Assembly: GCA_000165345.1 (NCBI GenBank)
Contig: CM000434.1
Span: forward strand, 480,001 to 544,000
DNA: 64,000 bases
Reading direction: 5' to 3'
This document shows positions 1 to 11,800 of the stretch, one piece after another. How positions within the stretch are numbered: the first letter of the stretch is position 1; each line of letters opens with the position of its first letter. The notes beneath the pieces are model-generated. The model was not told the DNA's origin. It made no database searches and saw only the letters and a list, made by a program, of their open reading frames with translations. A program made the position numbers and the translations under genes.

Positions 1-2
1 AA

Positions 3-3000
3 AGTCCTTGTAAACCAAATATGTCTATTGACAAGCTTGGAAGTTTTATAACCTTAAATCTTTCAGAAAGGAAGGTGCTTCCAACTGGAATTACAATTGA
101 TCAACTTCAAGGCTTTGGCTTGGGTAGTTTAGAAAAATTAATGAATGATCCTGAAATATTAAACGCACTAGTAACTCCCTCCGAAAATGTAATTGAACAC
201 ATTTTCACGATATGTAATACTCTTGCGAGCACGAACATCGAAACTAAAGCTATCGAAATGGCTGATATTCTAAATAAAAACCCGGAATATTGTCATTGGT
301 TTGCGTTTTATCTCGTGAAGAATAGGGCATCTAAGGAAAAGAATAACCATTCTACATATATCAACTTCTTAATTAAGTTGGATAAACTGATGCCAAAAAA
401 TTCAGATTTACTGCTCGAGGAAAAAACTGAGTCGGATATTCCATTAACTCATAAAGGAAATGAGGAAAGTAAAATAAACATCATTGAAATTACTACTCTT
501 GCCAGTTATGACTGCATTAAGGCTTTGCTGCGATATGCAAGTATATTGAATGAGGTCTCCTCATTCTTAAATGTACTACGTCATTTAGGATACTGGCTAG
601 GGCAAATTACAATAGGAATTAACCGTCCGATTATCCACAAATACCTAAATCCCAGACAATTGCTTATAGATAGCTATTCTAGAGGTTGCATAGCCTCTGT
701 CCTACCTTTTATTTGTAAAATATTGGAGAATGTTAAAGGAGGTTACTATTATCCGCCAAACCCTTGGACAAACAATATTTTATATGCACTAGCCGAAATT
801 CATTCGCTTGCGAATAATTCAAACTCTCATATGTTCGAGGTAGAACTTTTATTTAAGCAACTGGAGCTTAATCTAGATGATTATGTTGGTAAGTCAAACT
901 ACCTAGGTTTGAGCAGCCATACGGACTATACTGAGCATAAGGCTCTGGGCGAAAAACAAAGAGGTCATAATATTTATCCAAAGACCCAGACAGAGCATAA
1001 TTCTCACATAACTTTAGGAAGCTCATTTGAGCGCCCAAATATTACAAATAATGTAATTAACAGCTCTTTAAACCAATCTGCTGGCTTATATCAACTAAGT
1101 GCAAATATTGGAGATGCACAACTTGCTTCGACCTTCATGCCACCTAATCATTCATCCCAAATGATGCATCAACAAACTCCACAGCAGATACCATCATCCG
1201 ACATACAATTTTGGGCCAACAAAGTACTAATTTCTCCTTCTATTGTATTATTTCAGATACAACCATCGCTCAGACCTTTGGTACCGCTAGCTTTAGACAG
1301 ATCAATAAGAGAAATACTACAGGTTGTGATTCCAAGGTCAGTTAGAATTGCCGCAATTACTACTAAAGAAATTATCGGTAAAGAATTTGCTTTTGAGGCT
1401 GATGAAAACATCTATAAAAGAGCAGCCCATCTGATGGTTGCCGCTTTATCTGGCTCTATGGCTATTGCAGCATGTCGTGAACCCCTTAGAGTTGCATTTA
1501 CTGCTCAACTAAGACAAGTATTACACCCAACACCATCGAGAGATGGTGAGGACCATGTATTAATTGAACAAGTTGTCCAAGTCATTTGCAGTGATAATAT
1601 TGATTTAGGTTGCCAAATCATCGAACAGGCCGTGGTTGAAAAAGCTATTGAAGAACTAGACGAAGTTATCTCTCCAGGAATTATTGCAAGGAGGAAATCC
1701 AGAGAAACCGGGCATCAATTCGTTGATACAGACTTTTATGGAGGACCGAACACTCAGAATTCCGCTACTTTTTGGTCATCACTACCTGAAAATTTAAAAT
1801 ACAGACATAATTCTATGAGACATTTGCAGCTTTATAAAGATTTCTTACAATTCACCTTAATGAGAAATTTGGAAAGGAGGGATTCTGTTACCCAATATGA
1901 GCTACAGAATAGTTTACAATCAAATCAAATAACATCTCTATATCAGCATGGAAGTAATGACCAATTTAATAGCCAAACCCAACAATGGAATAATTCTAAT
2001 GCAATTCAATTTTCACACCAAGCCGAAAGTATCCAAAATTTCAATACAGTTAGGAGTGACAATACAAGCTCCCAAATGCCTTCTTCTAATCATTCTCAAA
2101 TGAATACCTCGCCTTCAACTATTGTACAACCTCCGGAACCTGTAAGGGTGCCTCTTGTTTTTGAATTGGCATATCTGCCTCTAATGATGCGTGTTGACGA
2201 ATGTTTGGGTCAAATAAAGGATGTAATACGCGAGATTGCCCTATATCCTCCGATTTTCTCTAAACAGCTGATTCCTCCAGTAAGCAATAATTTAAGCGAA
2301 GGAATGTCTGTTAACCAGAATATATACTCAAAACCTCTCGGGTCTAATATTTTTACATATACTCCGAAATCAACCGCACATCCAGTTCTTTCTGTGTTAT
2401 CTTCTCTCCAATCTGACCACATTTTATTTTATTTATGCAGAGTATTATATTCTATTGGAAAATCTGCGTCACAAAGAGAAGATGTTTTGATTGGGATCTC
2501 TCAAAAATTGTTTAAAACACTTTTTGATGCAGGCGCCGCCTTTCAGCAGAGTACAACAGGTATACTTCCCTCGAGTAGATGTATTGCCTCTTCACTTGGT
2601 TTCGATGCAGCTTTGTTACATATCGAGGTATTTCTGGCGCTATGTAATCAAATTTCGTATTATAGCTCAAAATTTTGGCTGAAGCTTAGGAAAGAGGCAA
2701 TAGGATGGTTTATTTACACTATAGAGGATCCAAAATATTCCGTTGATATTGTAATTGGTGCATTAAGATATGATCTTATCTCCTCAGATGAACTTGATGT
2801 TTCTCTATCAAACATTTTAGAAACTGCAATTTCTACGCTTAATGACTCTAATCCAGCAATCGGTGGAAATAGTAGATGTTTGAGAATTGTCGAGTTTATT
2901 TACAAACTGTTTTTCAGAAGTATTGAAGATTGGCACTACCCAATTACTAAGAAGTTACCAAGCGCTACTAAAAACTTGAATCGATTATCAAATAACAGTG

Positions 3001-4985
3001 TAGCCTTCCAAAACAGTAATTTTTCTGCAATACCAATAGTGCTACCAGGGCTTTATTATAAGCCATACTCTTATACAACTAATCTTGGAGAACTTAAGAA
3101 TAAAGTAGAAAGTATTCTATTGGAATTGGAATCCAACAAGTCAATTAAGTTTCATGAAATGTGGATAGGTGACCAATGTCCAGAGATTTTGAACTTTTAC
3201 TCAGTAATTCAGTGTAATTTGGATACAATATTGAACCCGAGATATATTGCGTTACCTACTCCTATTAAACCACCTCCTGATATTTCGAAAGGAATCAACA
3301 CGATTTTTGATGAGTGGATATTGCTATTGAGAATAACAATTTTTAATGGAGTTGGAGGTTCCGAGCGTAATAATCCATACAGAAATTTATTTCTTCAAAG
3401 GCTTTCTAGGCAAGGTCTACTAAGAATGGATGACACTACAGAAAAATTATTTACTGCTTGTATTGAGAGAGCAATCTATTTAAGCTTAAATCACAATAGC
3501 AGTGACTCAGACGCCTTGAATAACTCTATTTCGGAAAATGCAAATGACTCACGTAATAATATGGATCCGTTCCCGATAGATTCATTGGTTAGATTGATTA
3601 CAACTATGGCAAGGTATGTAGATCCACAGCAAATGGCTGCAGTAGTAATAACTCACAAATTTCTTTCAATACTTACTAGAGTTATTCATAAAGATGCAGA
3701 GTCACATGGCTTTAATCAAAGGCCATATTATAGGATTTTTTACTCTTTGTTACAAGAATATGAAAGTATAGGATTCAATACTGAAATGATACACTTTACC
3801 TGCATTCTAAGTGTAGTTCATCACCTTCAATATTTAAATCCTAATAGAGTCCCCGGATTTGCATATTCTTGGATCCAGATTATCTCAAGTAACCGATTCT
3901 TCCCGTACCTACTACGCCATGTAAAAGGTTGGCAACCTTATCAAGCTCTATTATTGCAAATCTTCATTTTTATATCGCCATTCTTGAGAAGTGTACAGCT
4001 ATCAAGTAACATTAAGACAATTTATGGTGCGCTACTCCGTATCCTTCTGGTATTACTACACGACTTTCCTGAGTTCCTTTGTGACTACAGTTGCAGTTTC
4101 TGCGATGTCCTGCCTGTTAACTGCATACAAATTAGAAACCTAATCTTATCCGCATTCCCAAGAAATATGAAACTGCCTGATCCATTTTTACCCACCTTGA
4201 AAATTGGAAATCTTCCCGAAATGAAGCTAATACCCAGAATGATTGCAAATTATGGTGCTTACATTCTATACAAGGATCTAAAGGTAAATATAGATAAATT
4301 CTGGATTACTAGAGATGCATCAATCCTTCCCCTCATAACAGAAACTATCAAAATGCCAAGGGATGAAGCACTTAAATGTGGTACTAAATACTCTTTCCCG
4401 ATAATAACAGGTTTATTGCTTTATATTGGGATATACCTCCCGAATGGAAATGAATCTAATTCAAGCATTGACGGTTCTCATAATGGGATATTTAATATCT
4501 TTAATTCTGATCCATCAACTAACTCGATTGAATCTGCATCGAAACTGGATCAAACACCAAACATAAAAAGTGATCAATTAGAAACTTTTGAAGATCCGTC
4601 CCTTTCAATAATTCTATTTCTTTGTAAGGACCTGGATATGGAAGGGCGTTTTGTCCTCATATCTGCAATGACAAATTTTCTTGGATATCCTAATTCTTAC
4701 ACATACTACTTTAGCTCACTTATTTTATGGTTGTTTTCCAAAAGCAATGACTCTATTGTGCAAGAACAAATCACAAGGATACTTCTAGAAAGGCTTATCG
4801 TGCACAGGCCACATCCATGGGGTCTTCTAATAACATTTATTGAGTTGATTAAGAATCCAAAATACGCATTTTGGAGCTGTTCATTTGTGCATCTGGCTCC
4901 GGAGGTTGAGAAGCTCTTTCAGTCTGTTGCTCAAACTTGTTTAGGTCAAGCCCCTAATAAAACGAATTTGGTGAACCATACATAA
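3..4985 (+). CDS. NOT1: CCR4-NOT complex subunit 1 (Not1), C-terminal ~1650 aa; 5'-partial (reading frame open to the window edge)
   Basis: C-terminal Not1 domain matches human CNOT1 by eye: ...LLVLLHDFPEFLCDYSCSFCDVLPVNCIQIRNLILSAFPRNMKLPDPF... and ...QEQITRILLERLIVHRPHPWGLLITFIELIKNPKYAFW...APEVEKLFQSVAQTCLGQ. No stop between nt 3 and the ATG at 21, so the gene most likely starts upstream of the window. Confidence 0.85.
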   Translation, partial: SPCKPNMSIDKLGSFITLNLSERKVLPTGITIDQLQGFGLGSLEKLMNDPEILNALVTPSENVIEHIFTICNTLASTNIETKAIEMADILNKNPEYCHWFAFYLVKNRASKEKNNHSTYINFLIKLDKLMPKNSDLLLEEKTESDIPLTHKGNEESKINIIEITTLASYDCIKALLRYASILNEVSSFLNVLRHLGYWLGQITIGINRPIIHKYLNPRQLLIDSYSRGCIASVLPFICKILENVKGGYYYPPNPWTNNILYALAEIHSLANNSNSHMFEVELLFKQLELNLDDYVGKSNYLGLSSHTDYTEHKALGEKQRGHNIYPKTQTEHNSHITLGSSFERPNITNNVINSSLNQSAGLYQLSANIGDAQLASTFMPPNHSSQMMHQQTPQQIPSSDIQFWANKVLISPSIVLFQIQPSLRPLVPLALDRSIREILQVVIPRSVRIAAITTKEIIGKEFAFEADENIYKRAAHLMVAALSGSMAIAACREPLRVAFTAQLRQVLHPTPSRDGEDHVLIEQVVQVICSDNIDLGCQIIEQAVVEKAIEELDEVISPGIIARRKSRETGHQFVDTDFYGGPNTQNSATFWSSLPENLKYRHNSMRHLQLYKDFLQFTLMRNLERRDSVTQYELQNSLQSNQITSLYQHGSNDQFNSQTQQWNNSNAIQFSHQAESIQNFNTVRSDNTSSQMPSSNHSQMNTSPSTIVQPPEPVRVPLVFELAYLPLMMRVDECLGQIKDVIREIALYPPIFSKQLIPPVSNNLSEGMSVNQNIYSKPLGSNIFTYTPKSTAHPVLSVLSSLQSDHILFYLCRVLYSIGKSASQREDVLIGISQKLFKTLFDAGAAFQQSTTGILPSSRCIASSLGFDAALLHIEVFLALCNQISYYSSKFWLKLRKEAIGWFIYTIEDPKYSVDIVIGALRYDLISSDELDVSLSNILETAISTLNDSNPAIGGNSRCLRIVEFIYKLFFRSIEDWHYPITKKLPSATKNLNRLSNNSVAFQNSNFSAIPIVLPGLYYKPYSYTTNLGELKNKVESILLELESNKSIKFHEMWIGDQCPEILNFYSVIQCNLDTILNPRYIALPTPIKPPPDISKGINTIFDEWILLLRITIFNGVGGSERNNPYRNLFLQRLSRQGLLRMDDTTEKLFTACIERAIYLSLNHNSSDSDALNNSISENANDSRNNMDPFPIDSLVRLITTMARYVDPQQMAAVVITHKFLSILTRVIHKDAESHGFNQRPYYRIFYSLLQEYESIGFNTEMIHFTCILSVVHHLQYLNPNRVPGFAYSWIQIISSNRFFPYLLRHVKGWQPYQALLLQIFIFISPFLRSVQLSSNIKTIYGALLRILLVLLHDFPEFLCDYSCSFCDVLPVNCIQIRNLILSAFPRNMKLPDPFLPTLKIGNLPEMKLIPRMIANYGAYILYKDLKVNIDKFWITRDASILPLITETIKMPRDEALKCGTKYSFPIITGLLLYIGIYLPNGNESNSSIDGSHNGIFNIFNSDPSTNSIESASKLDQTPNIKSDQLETFEDPSLSIILFLCKDLDMEGRFVLISAMTNFLGYPNSYTYYFSSLILWLFSKSNDSIVQEQITRILLERLIVHRPHPWGLLITFIELIKNPKYAFWSCSFVHLAPEVEKLFQSVAQTCLGQAPNKTNLVNHT

Positions 4986-5004
4986 GTTTTATTTATTAAG
5001 CTAT

Positions 5005-8000
5005 TTAATTAGAGTTAGATAATATATATGTTGATATTATTTGTTTTAATATTTTTGCAACAATTAGTGAACTTGATCTTACCCTAATTTCAACCGGCTC
5101 TTCATTTTTTCCATTATCATGAATCTTGTCTTCTCTAAAAGATTCGCTGTGTTCATTACAAGGTATTATTTTAAACATGCAAGGTATTCTTTTGCGATTA
5201 GACAGATACAAAGTGGATGTTCCTCCATAAATCATTGGAGTTGAAACGCTTGGATCGTCAATACTATCCATCACACTATATACGCAAAAGTTTAGCAGTT
5301 GTAGAAAGATTGGAATTTCGAGAGAAGAAATCCCTAAGATCCCTTTCACTGAAGATTGAGTGAGTTTTTCCCAAAAATTTCCAAACTCTTTCTTGCCCAT
5401 TTTTTTAGTTGGAGCCATAAAGTTTGTAAGTATTACTGGAAGCCTAAAATTTATACAAATAAGCTTTGAATAATTACTATCTGTGTTAATTTCTTCCATT
5501 TGTTCATTTATTTCCGAAACTTCATCTTTTGTATTTGAGAAAGCTCTTATTAGTAGTGAAATCATTGGAGGATTCAAATAAGGGCCATTGCAAATTAAAT
5601 TAATCCTTTGCTCAAATTTTCCTTCATTATCAAAACCTTTATTAGTTTCACTGAAAACTTCAACATGAAGGTTTTGCGATGTAGAATCAAATATATTTGG
5701 AAATGAATTATTAGAACTTTTTACAGACAATTTTTTCTCCTCGCAAAAAGTAGAAATACGCTCTATGTTAAATATCCTATTCTTCTCATTTTTCCCCAAT
5801 TTCACAATAATTGTTGACTCTCCAGAGGAATATTTAAAGCTCCCGTTTGAAAATCCAATTGATAATAGGCTAAAATTATATAAACTTCCTTTATTTGATA
5901 GACATAAGGAAAGCCAGGTATTTCTACTGCAATATCCATCATCGCCATATTTATTTGATTGGTTGGGTATTAAAAGGCTATTTTTTTTGTGATTAAATAC
6001 TCCATCCAATAACTGATCTCTATATCTCAAAGCTGAATTATTTTCTGATGGTATGTTTACCGGAGTTATATTCCCATTTATAGGGGTAACACTATATTGT
6101 GTATTTGCAACAATTGCATTTAAAAATTCGGGTGAGCCTATACAATTACCTCTGTTTCCAACACCGATTTTCAGAATTTCGTAGATTCGATTTTGGGTCT
6201 CATGATCAGAGTTACAATAAAGCTTCGTAAAAGAAAGTAAAATAGTACTTTTTAATAGTGGAATATGATCATCTTCAGAATCGATAGTTAATATATCATG
6301 AATAATCAACAATATTTCAACTTGCTTAATAATTGATACTTTACTTGATATCAGCTTTCCATATTCACCTAAAATAAAACATAACCATCTTATTCCAGAT
6401 CTTGGGTTGAAATTATCTCTTCGATTTTTTAATTTATTTAATAATTTATATGATTTTATTGCTACATATTTTTGAGTACTTATATCATTTCCAAGTGATT
6501 CATTCACTTTCTCCATTAAATCAGTGCATTCAATTTTCAATTTAGAATCAAATAGAATATCTGTTATCTGAAAAAGAGTATTTTCTGTAATTTCAAATCC
6601 TGGATTTGGGTTACAGAAAGACTTCTCGAGAGTTTGAAATAATACATTAATTGTCTTATATGAAACTTCATTTTTGTTTGAAAATCTTCTAATTGTATAG
6701 CAAACTGATAAAATTATCTCTTCCAATAATGTTTTTGTCTTTTCTGGAAAAAAACAATCACTTGAACCTTTTTGTATGTTATGTATTTCTTCAATATTTA
6801 ATTTATAAGGGTTTAATATATACTTGTAAAGAACTCCATTAAGAATTTCTTTTGTAATAAAAACCCAATTATTTTTGTTGCAGATATAAGAAAAAATATT
6901 TAATAGATTCAAAGTTGTATCTTCATCAAAAGAGCATGTAAATCTCAACAATGTAACCAAATTTTTTTTTACTAATTCTTGAATTGCCTTATTTGTTTTC
7001 GATTCAAAAATTAGTGAAATAGAAATAGAAATATAATCTTTGTTATCCGCATATAGTAAACCTTCAATAAATTTCCCCACTAAATGACCAATATTAGCAG
7101 ATAATTCTTGATTACAAATCTTGTTGAAATATTTTGTCATCTCAATTGCAATACCAATTATACATAGAAACTCAATTTCATCAAAGGTAGAACTAAAACT
7201 TAAATTACATTCATTTACTGATTTAATTGCATGGATTGCATTAAAAAATACGTCTTCCATTATCTTATTCATCTTGTAATTTACAAAATAGTCATTAATC
7301 ACTTCAGGGAACAATTCTAAAATCTCTATTAATTTAACCTGAAGCCAAAACATTGGAATTTTATGAAATCTCCAATTTTTTATTTCTTTGTATAACCTAA
7401 TTCTCGATAACGTAAATATTAAATTTGGAACTATAAATTCCCAAATCTTTACTAATTTAATATTTAAATTAGAGTTGATTATTTCTCTTTCGTCTCTTAA
7501 TACGGAATGATCTGTTTCTTGTTCATTTAAATTTTTGTAGGCATTTTCTGTTGGTTCCAAGTACTCAGTGTTTAAATAATACTTCAAACTATTCTTTATA
7601 AAAACGCATTGAGAAATTAGACAGTCAGCATTCCTTTCGAATTGGAAATATGATAATAGTCTTTCACCCCACTCGTTTGCCCTGAGCCGATCAGGGCAAC
7701 ATTGAAATAACTTCGTTAAACAACAAATTGCCTTCGATCTGATAATATTTGTGTCATTAAGTTGTTTTTCAACTGGTATTTCTGCGAGTTTCTTTATGTC
7801 GATAAAAAGATTGTCCGCAAAGTCTAAAGTTGGAGAATTCCCTATGAAATTCAATGCTAATAAGCAATTTTTGATTTTTTGTTTTCTAATATCGATGTTT
7901 TTACCTGAATGATTTTTTCCTATTCCTACTGAAAATTGTCTAAAATTCCGTGATTTATCAGAACCTTTTTCTTTGTCTACTAATACTTCAAAGCAATTAT

Positions 8001-8295
8001 TTAAGTCATTTTTTATTGTATTTATTAATAATCTAAGTAATTCTAAATTTCCCCTGTAAATTAATGAAGCAGCGATATAACCACATTGCTTAAATTCGAA
8101 AATATTTGAGCTAACCAACTCTAAAATTTCAAGCCATCCAAAGTCAATTTCATACCCCATTACGCTTATGTATGCTAATCTCCAAATTATCTTTTCTTTA
8201 TCCTTGAGAGATAATTGAGGACCTTTTTTGGAGCTATCATCTGTCTTCTCCAAAATAGATTTTAGATTAGAAATCTCATATTCAACTAATTCCAT
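5005..8295 (-). CDS. Adaptor-protein complex large subunit (adaptin), most similar to AP-3 delta
   Basis: N-terminal adaptin signature KIIWRLAYISVMGYEIDFGWLEILELVSSNIFEFKQCGYIAASL...LLRLLINTIKNDL aligns with AP-3 delta (CKLTYLQMLGYDISWAAF..FTFKRIGYLAAS) and more weakly with AP-4 epsilon. Length of about 1100 aa fits delta. ORF-track start 8310 is a TTG; first ATG is at 8295 (MELVEYEISNLKS). Stop lies 20 nt from the convergent NOT1 stop. Confidence 0.6.
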   Translation of the reverse strand: MELVEYEISNLKSILEKTDDSSKKGPQLSLKDKEKIIWRLAYISVMGYEIDFGWLEILELVSSNIFEFKQCGYIAASLIYRGNLELLRLLINTIKNDLNNCFEVLVDKEKGSDKSRNFRQFSVGIGKNHSGKNIDIRKQKIKNCLLALNFIGNSPTLDFADNLFIDIKKLAEIPVEKQLNDTNIIRSKAICCLTKLFQCCPDRLRANEWGERLLSYFQFERNADCLISQCVFIKNSLKYYLNTEYLEPTENAYKNLNEQETDHSVLRDEREIINSNLNIKLVKIWEFIVPNLIFTLSRIRLYKEIKNWRFHKIPMFWLQVKLIEILELFPEVINDYFVNYKMNKIMEDVFFNAIHAIKSVNECNLSFSSTFDEIEFLCIIGIAIEMTKYFNKICNQELSANIGHLVGKFIEGLLYADNKDYISISISLIFESKTNKAIQELVKKNLVTLLRFTCSFDEDTTLNLLNIFSYICNKNNWVFITKEILNGVLYKYILNPYKLNIEEIHNIQKGSSDCFFPEKTKTLLEEIILSVCYTIRRFSNKNEVSYKTINVLFQTLEKSFCNPNPGFEITENTLFQITDILFDSKLKIECTDLMEKVNESLGNDISTQKYVAIKSYKLLNKLKNRRDNFNPRSGIRWLCFILGEYGKLISSKVSIIKQVEILLIIHDILTIDSEDDHIPLLKSTILLSFTKLYCNSDHETQNRIYEILKIGVGNRGNCIGSPEFLNAIVANTQYSVTPINGNITPVNIPSENNSALRYRDQLLDGVFNHKKNSLLIPNQSNKYGDDGYCSRNTWLSLCLSNKGSLYNFSLLSIGFSNGSFKYSSGESTIIVKLGKNEKNRIFNIERISTFCEEKKLSVKSSNNSFPNIFDSTSQNLHVEVFSETNKGFDNEGKFEQRINLICNGPYLNPPMISLLIRAFSNTKDEVSEINEQMEEINTDSNYSKLICINFRLPVILTNFMAPTKKMGKKEFGNFWEKLTQSSVKGILGISSLEIPIFLQLLNFCVYSVMDSIDDPSVSTPMIYGGTSTLYLSNRKRIPCMFKIIPCNEHSESFREDKIHDNGKNEEPVEIRVRSSSLIVAKILKQIISTYILSNSN

Positions 8296-8899
8296 ATTAT
8301 ATTTATACAAATGAATATGAGAATATTATTTATTTATATTAACACCATACTCTTTTAGATCAACCACCAATTTGTGAGGGCCGTAATAAAAGCATTTTTT
8401 TTTTTTTTTACTGCGGGTAGAAATGCTTTATGTATATATTAAATTATCGATAAAGATTTAAATAAATAGAATTTCTTTACAAATATTTGTATTTCACTCA
8501 ATCACTGTAACTTGATAAACACCCTATTTTTTGTGCGTGATTTAGTTACTTTTTGCCTTCTTTAAAAATAGTCTAGTAATTTCACTATTCTATAGCAAGT
8601 ATTTAACTGATACATAGATTTATATTCATTTTCTATTTGAAATTTTTTGACAATAATTATTTAGCATGATTAGTCCTAAGAATTTTTTATCGAAAATAAA
8701 ATATTGAAAATGATTTGCTTTCATTCAAAAAATAATAATAAATAGTACTTCTGAATGTCATTGAAGGTTATGATTTCAAGTTTTAAACTAATTGTTAATT
8801 TTCTTTATCGAATCATAAATAGTATAATAACTACTTCTAATTTCTATATTTAATCTTTTGAATAATATATGTAAAACAAATTAAATTTATATATAAAAA

Positions 8900-11800
8900 C
8901 TAAGTAATCTTTAATATCTGTTTAAGTTTAAACTCCATCGAATCTTCAATTTTTTTTTCGCATTCTGGTACGTTGGAGATTTCATCATTCTTTTTTATCT
9001 TATTCTCTATGTTTCTTGAATTTAGGTAGTCTAGCCCATTTTTCTTTTTATTGATATTAATTGACAGCAATGACTTTAATTCAACAGCTAAGGGATGCTC
9101 ATTTGAATTAATATGTCTTATTTCAGTTTTATTCTTCGTCTTTCGGCATCTTAAATCTGAGTCATTACAATTATTATTATTATTATTATTTACTTCAGAG
9201 CTATTTTGTTTATCTGTGATTGATATTTCTTTCTTTCCCATTTGCTTTAAACTGCTATTTTGATTTTTCAGCCAATAATAACTATAATTATCACATTTTT
9301 TTTTGCTTTTTTCCGCTTTATTATTAAACTGCAAATCAAAGTTTAATATTTGTTTACTTATTATTTCTAAATGATTTTCATCTTTAAGATTTTGAATACA
9401 TGGTAGCAAAGGAATACACTCTGAAGATTTAACACTAATGCCTCTTAATTTAGAGCACATACCGTTTAAATTGTTTGCATTAATTTGAGTTTCATCCAAC
9501 AAAATATCAATAATTGTTGACGGATAATATTCCTTGTTAACTTTTACTCCACAGCATACAGATACAACTGTTCCAACTGTTCCAAAGGGCAACAATCCAT
9601 CATTTGTATTTATATAAACTACCCTAGTCCCCAAAGGGTACCCAAATCTTGAAATTAATTTATTTATGCCAGAGTTAAACTGATTCTCTGACTGATAAAA
9701 ATGCTCATTCCTACATAATTTCGACAAATCTATATATTTATCATTTGTCTCGATTTGTGAATTTAGAATTAGTCTTTCCAATCTAGAAATTGTTGAAGGA
9801 AGCATTGTTGCTGAATTAGAACGTGAAGATAAAAATGGTAAATTTCTATATAATTTACCCTTAATTATCTTTATCATTACATTAAATTTGAAGTCTTGAT
9901 CTTTTGAATCAATCAAATCCGAGAAAATATCCTTGACATGTATTTTCTTTAAGTTAAATACGTTTTCAACCTTTTCATTGTTATTGTCAATATTAAATGT
10001 GTTTGAGCAAATATTTTTTCCTTCAGAATTTATTATGTGTTCATCTAACTCTCCCTGGTCCAATAATACCAAACTTTTAAAAATAGCCAAAACAAAACAA
10101 GGGAAAAGGTCTAAATATTCTAATATTGATTTTATTGCTTCGTTGCTAACAATAGGAGTCCCAAGTTCCACATTAGTATTCGATGATGTAATAAATGAAT
10201 TTTCATCTACGAATTTACTATATAAAGGTAAATAAAGCTTATTTTTTAATTTATTTTCAAATTTAAAAAGATTCATCGATATTTCTTGCAAAGTACTATC
10301 GTTGCACTTCACTTGAATTGGACCAATAATTAGTTTCTTAAGAAATAAGGTTGAAAAGCGCATATACTCAAGTGATTTAGTAGCATCTAATCCGCATTTT
10401 GTGTTTAAGCAATTTAACAAGGGTTTGTATATTATTTTTGCAACATCCTCAATAGAAAACCATTGTATTGAAGATAAGTCTTCCAAAGCATATTCAAAAA
10501 TTCTCTTTTGAAGTTGTTCCACTTTATTCTTGTTTTTTGGAATTCGAAATAGTACTAATCTTTGAGCTTCATCTACAATTGTGCCGATATATCCATAGTT
10601 TGGATTTTGTTTATTAATGCAAAGGAGCTTTTCACCTAAATTTATTTTACTAATCTGCTTAAAACGTTCAGCCTCACTCTCTTTTAAATCTGAATACAAT
10701 AATATTAGTGGTAGCAAATAGTGTTTTGATATTTTTGAGAAGTTAAATTCAACCTTGCCACTCTCAGTAATGTAACTGCTCTCAGCAACTCTAGCCTCAA
10801 CAAGACAATTTACTGGATCAGATATATCCTTCAGTTCAGCATCAAAATCTTTCAAGTCTAAAACTTCTTTGCAATTAACCAACTTTGAAATGGAAAGCAA
10901 TTCTTCATCAATATTCATTGAATTTGAGGGGGAAAGAACAATTCCTCGTTTCTTTAGAAGTGAATTTTCATTAAATAATAAACGAATAAACTCTTTAGGA
11001 TTGTTGTTAGGTTCAATAATAGGTTTTGTCAGCAGCTTCGGTCTTAGAATATATCTCAAAGTTTTTATTGAAACAAGCTCAGCAACCTTCATTCTAGGAT
11101 AGTCAACCAATATTCTTATACCTGGATTTCTTGTATTAATGGAAGGTAGAAAGAGATTATTTAAAAACTCCTTTGAAATATGAGATGAAGATATTGAGGA
11201 AAAAATTGATTCATTACTACTTTCAGTCCCAAAAACACTTATCCCAGAACTATAATAAATTCTATAAGGAATTCTGCAAAGGTTTGGGAACCAATCGAAA
11301 GGTAATATTGTATTATCTAGTAAATAATTAGGGAAGTTTGATACACCGTCAGGGAATGCCGGATGATAAAACGATTTTGAAACTACCTTCGAGTTAGTAA
11401 TGGAAGGTAAGTATAATTTCACTGTGCTTTCAATTTTAGGAGTAGGAAATGCATAGTTATCCAAATAGAAAATAAATGGTCTCCCTTCCTGATTTCTGGC
11501 TTTATCTTCGGTATCTAAAAACTCCGAACTATTGATAATTGATGAATGAGTATTTGTATTAGCATCAATTAAATTTTCTAATTCACTTGTACTTAAATAA
11601 AATTTATACCGATTTTTCAGTTCATATTCAAAATTAGTCTTTATTTTGATTTCAAAATTTCTAAAATCAGAGTCATAAAAACCACATTTTGAAAGAACAT
11701 ATGTAATTGAATCCAATAGAAGGAACTCATCAATAAAAGGAATTAATGTTACGCCACCCCAAGGAACCTTGACGCCTTCCATATCAACTTCAAAGTTAGC

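Noticed and set aside
2210-2682. Short ORFs inside and antisense to NOT1 (2210-2422 -, 2491-2682 +)
   Set aside because: Embedded in a well-supported conserved long ORF; no independent evidence.
8311-8899. AT-rich 590-bp spacer with a T17 tract (8395-8411) between the adaptin and XRN1 genes as a possible mobile element or ncRNA
   Set aside because: No terminal repeats, no ORF, no recognisable RNA fold; most simply the promoter/5' region of the adaptin gene plus the 3' UTR of XRN1.
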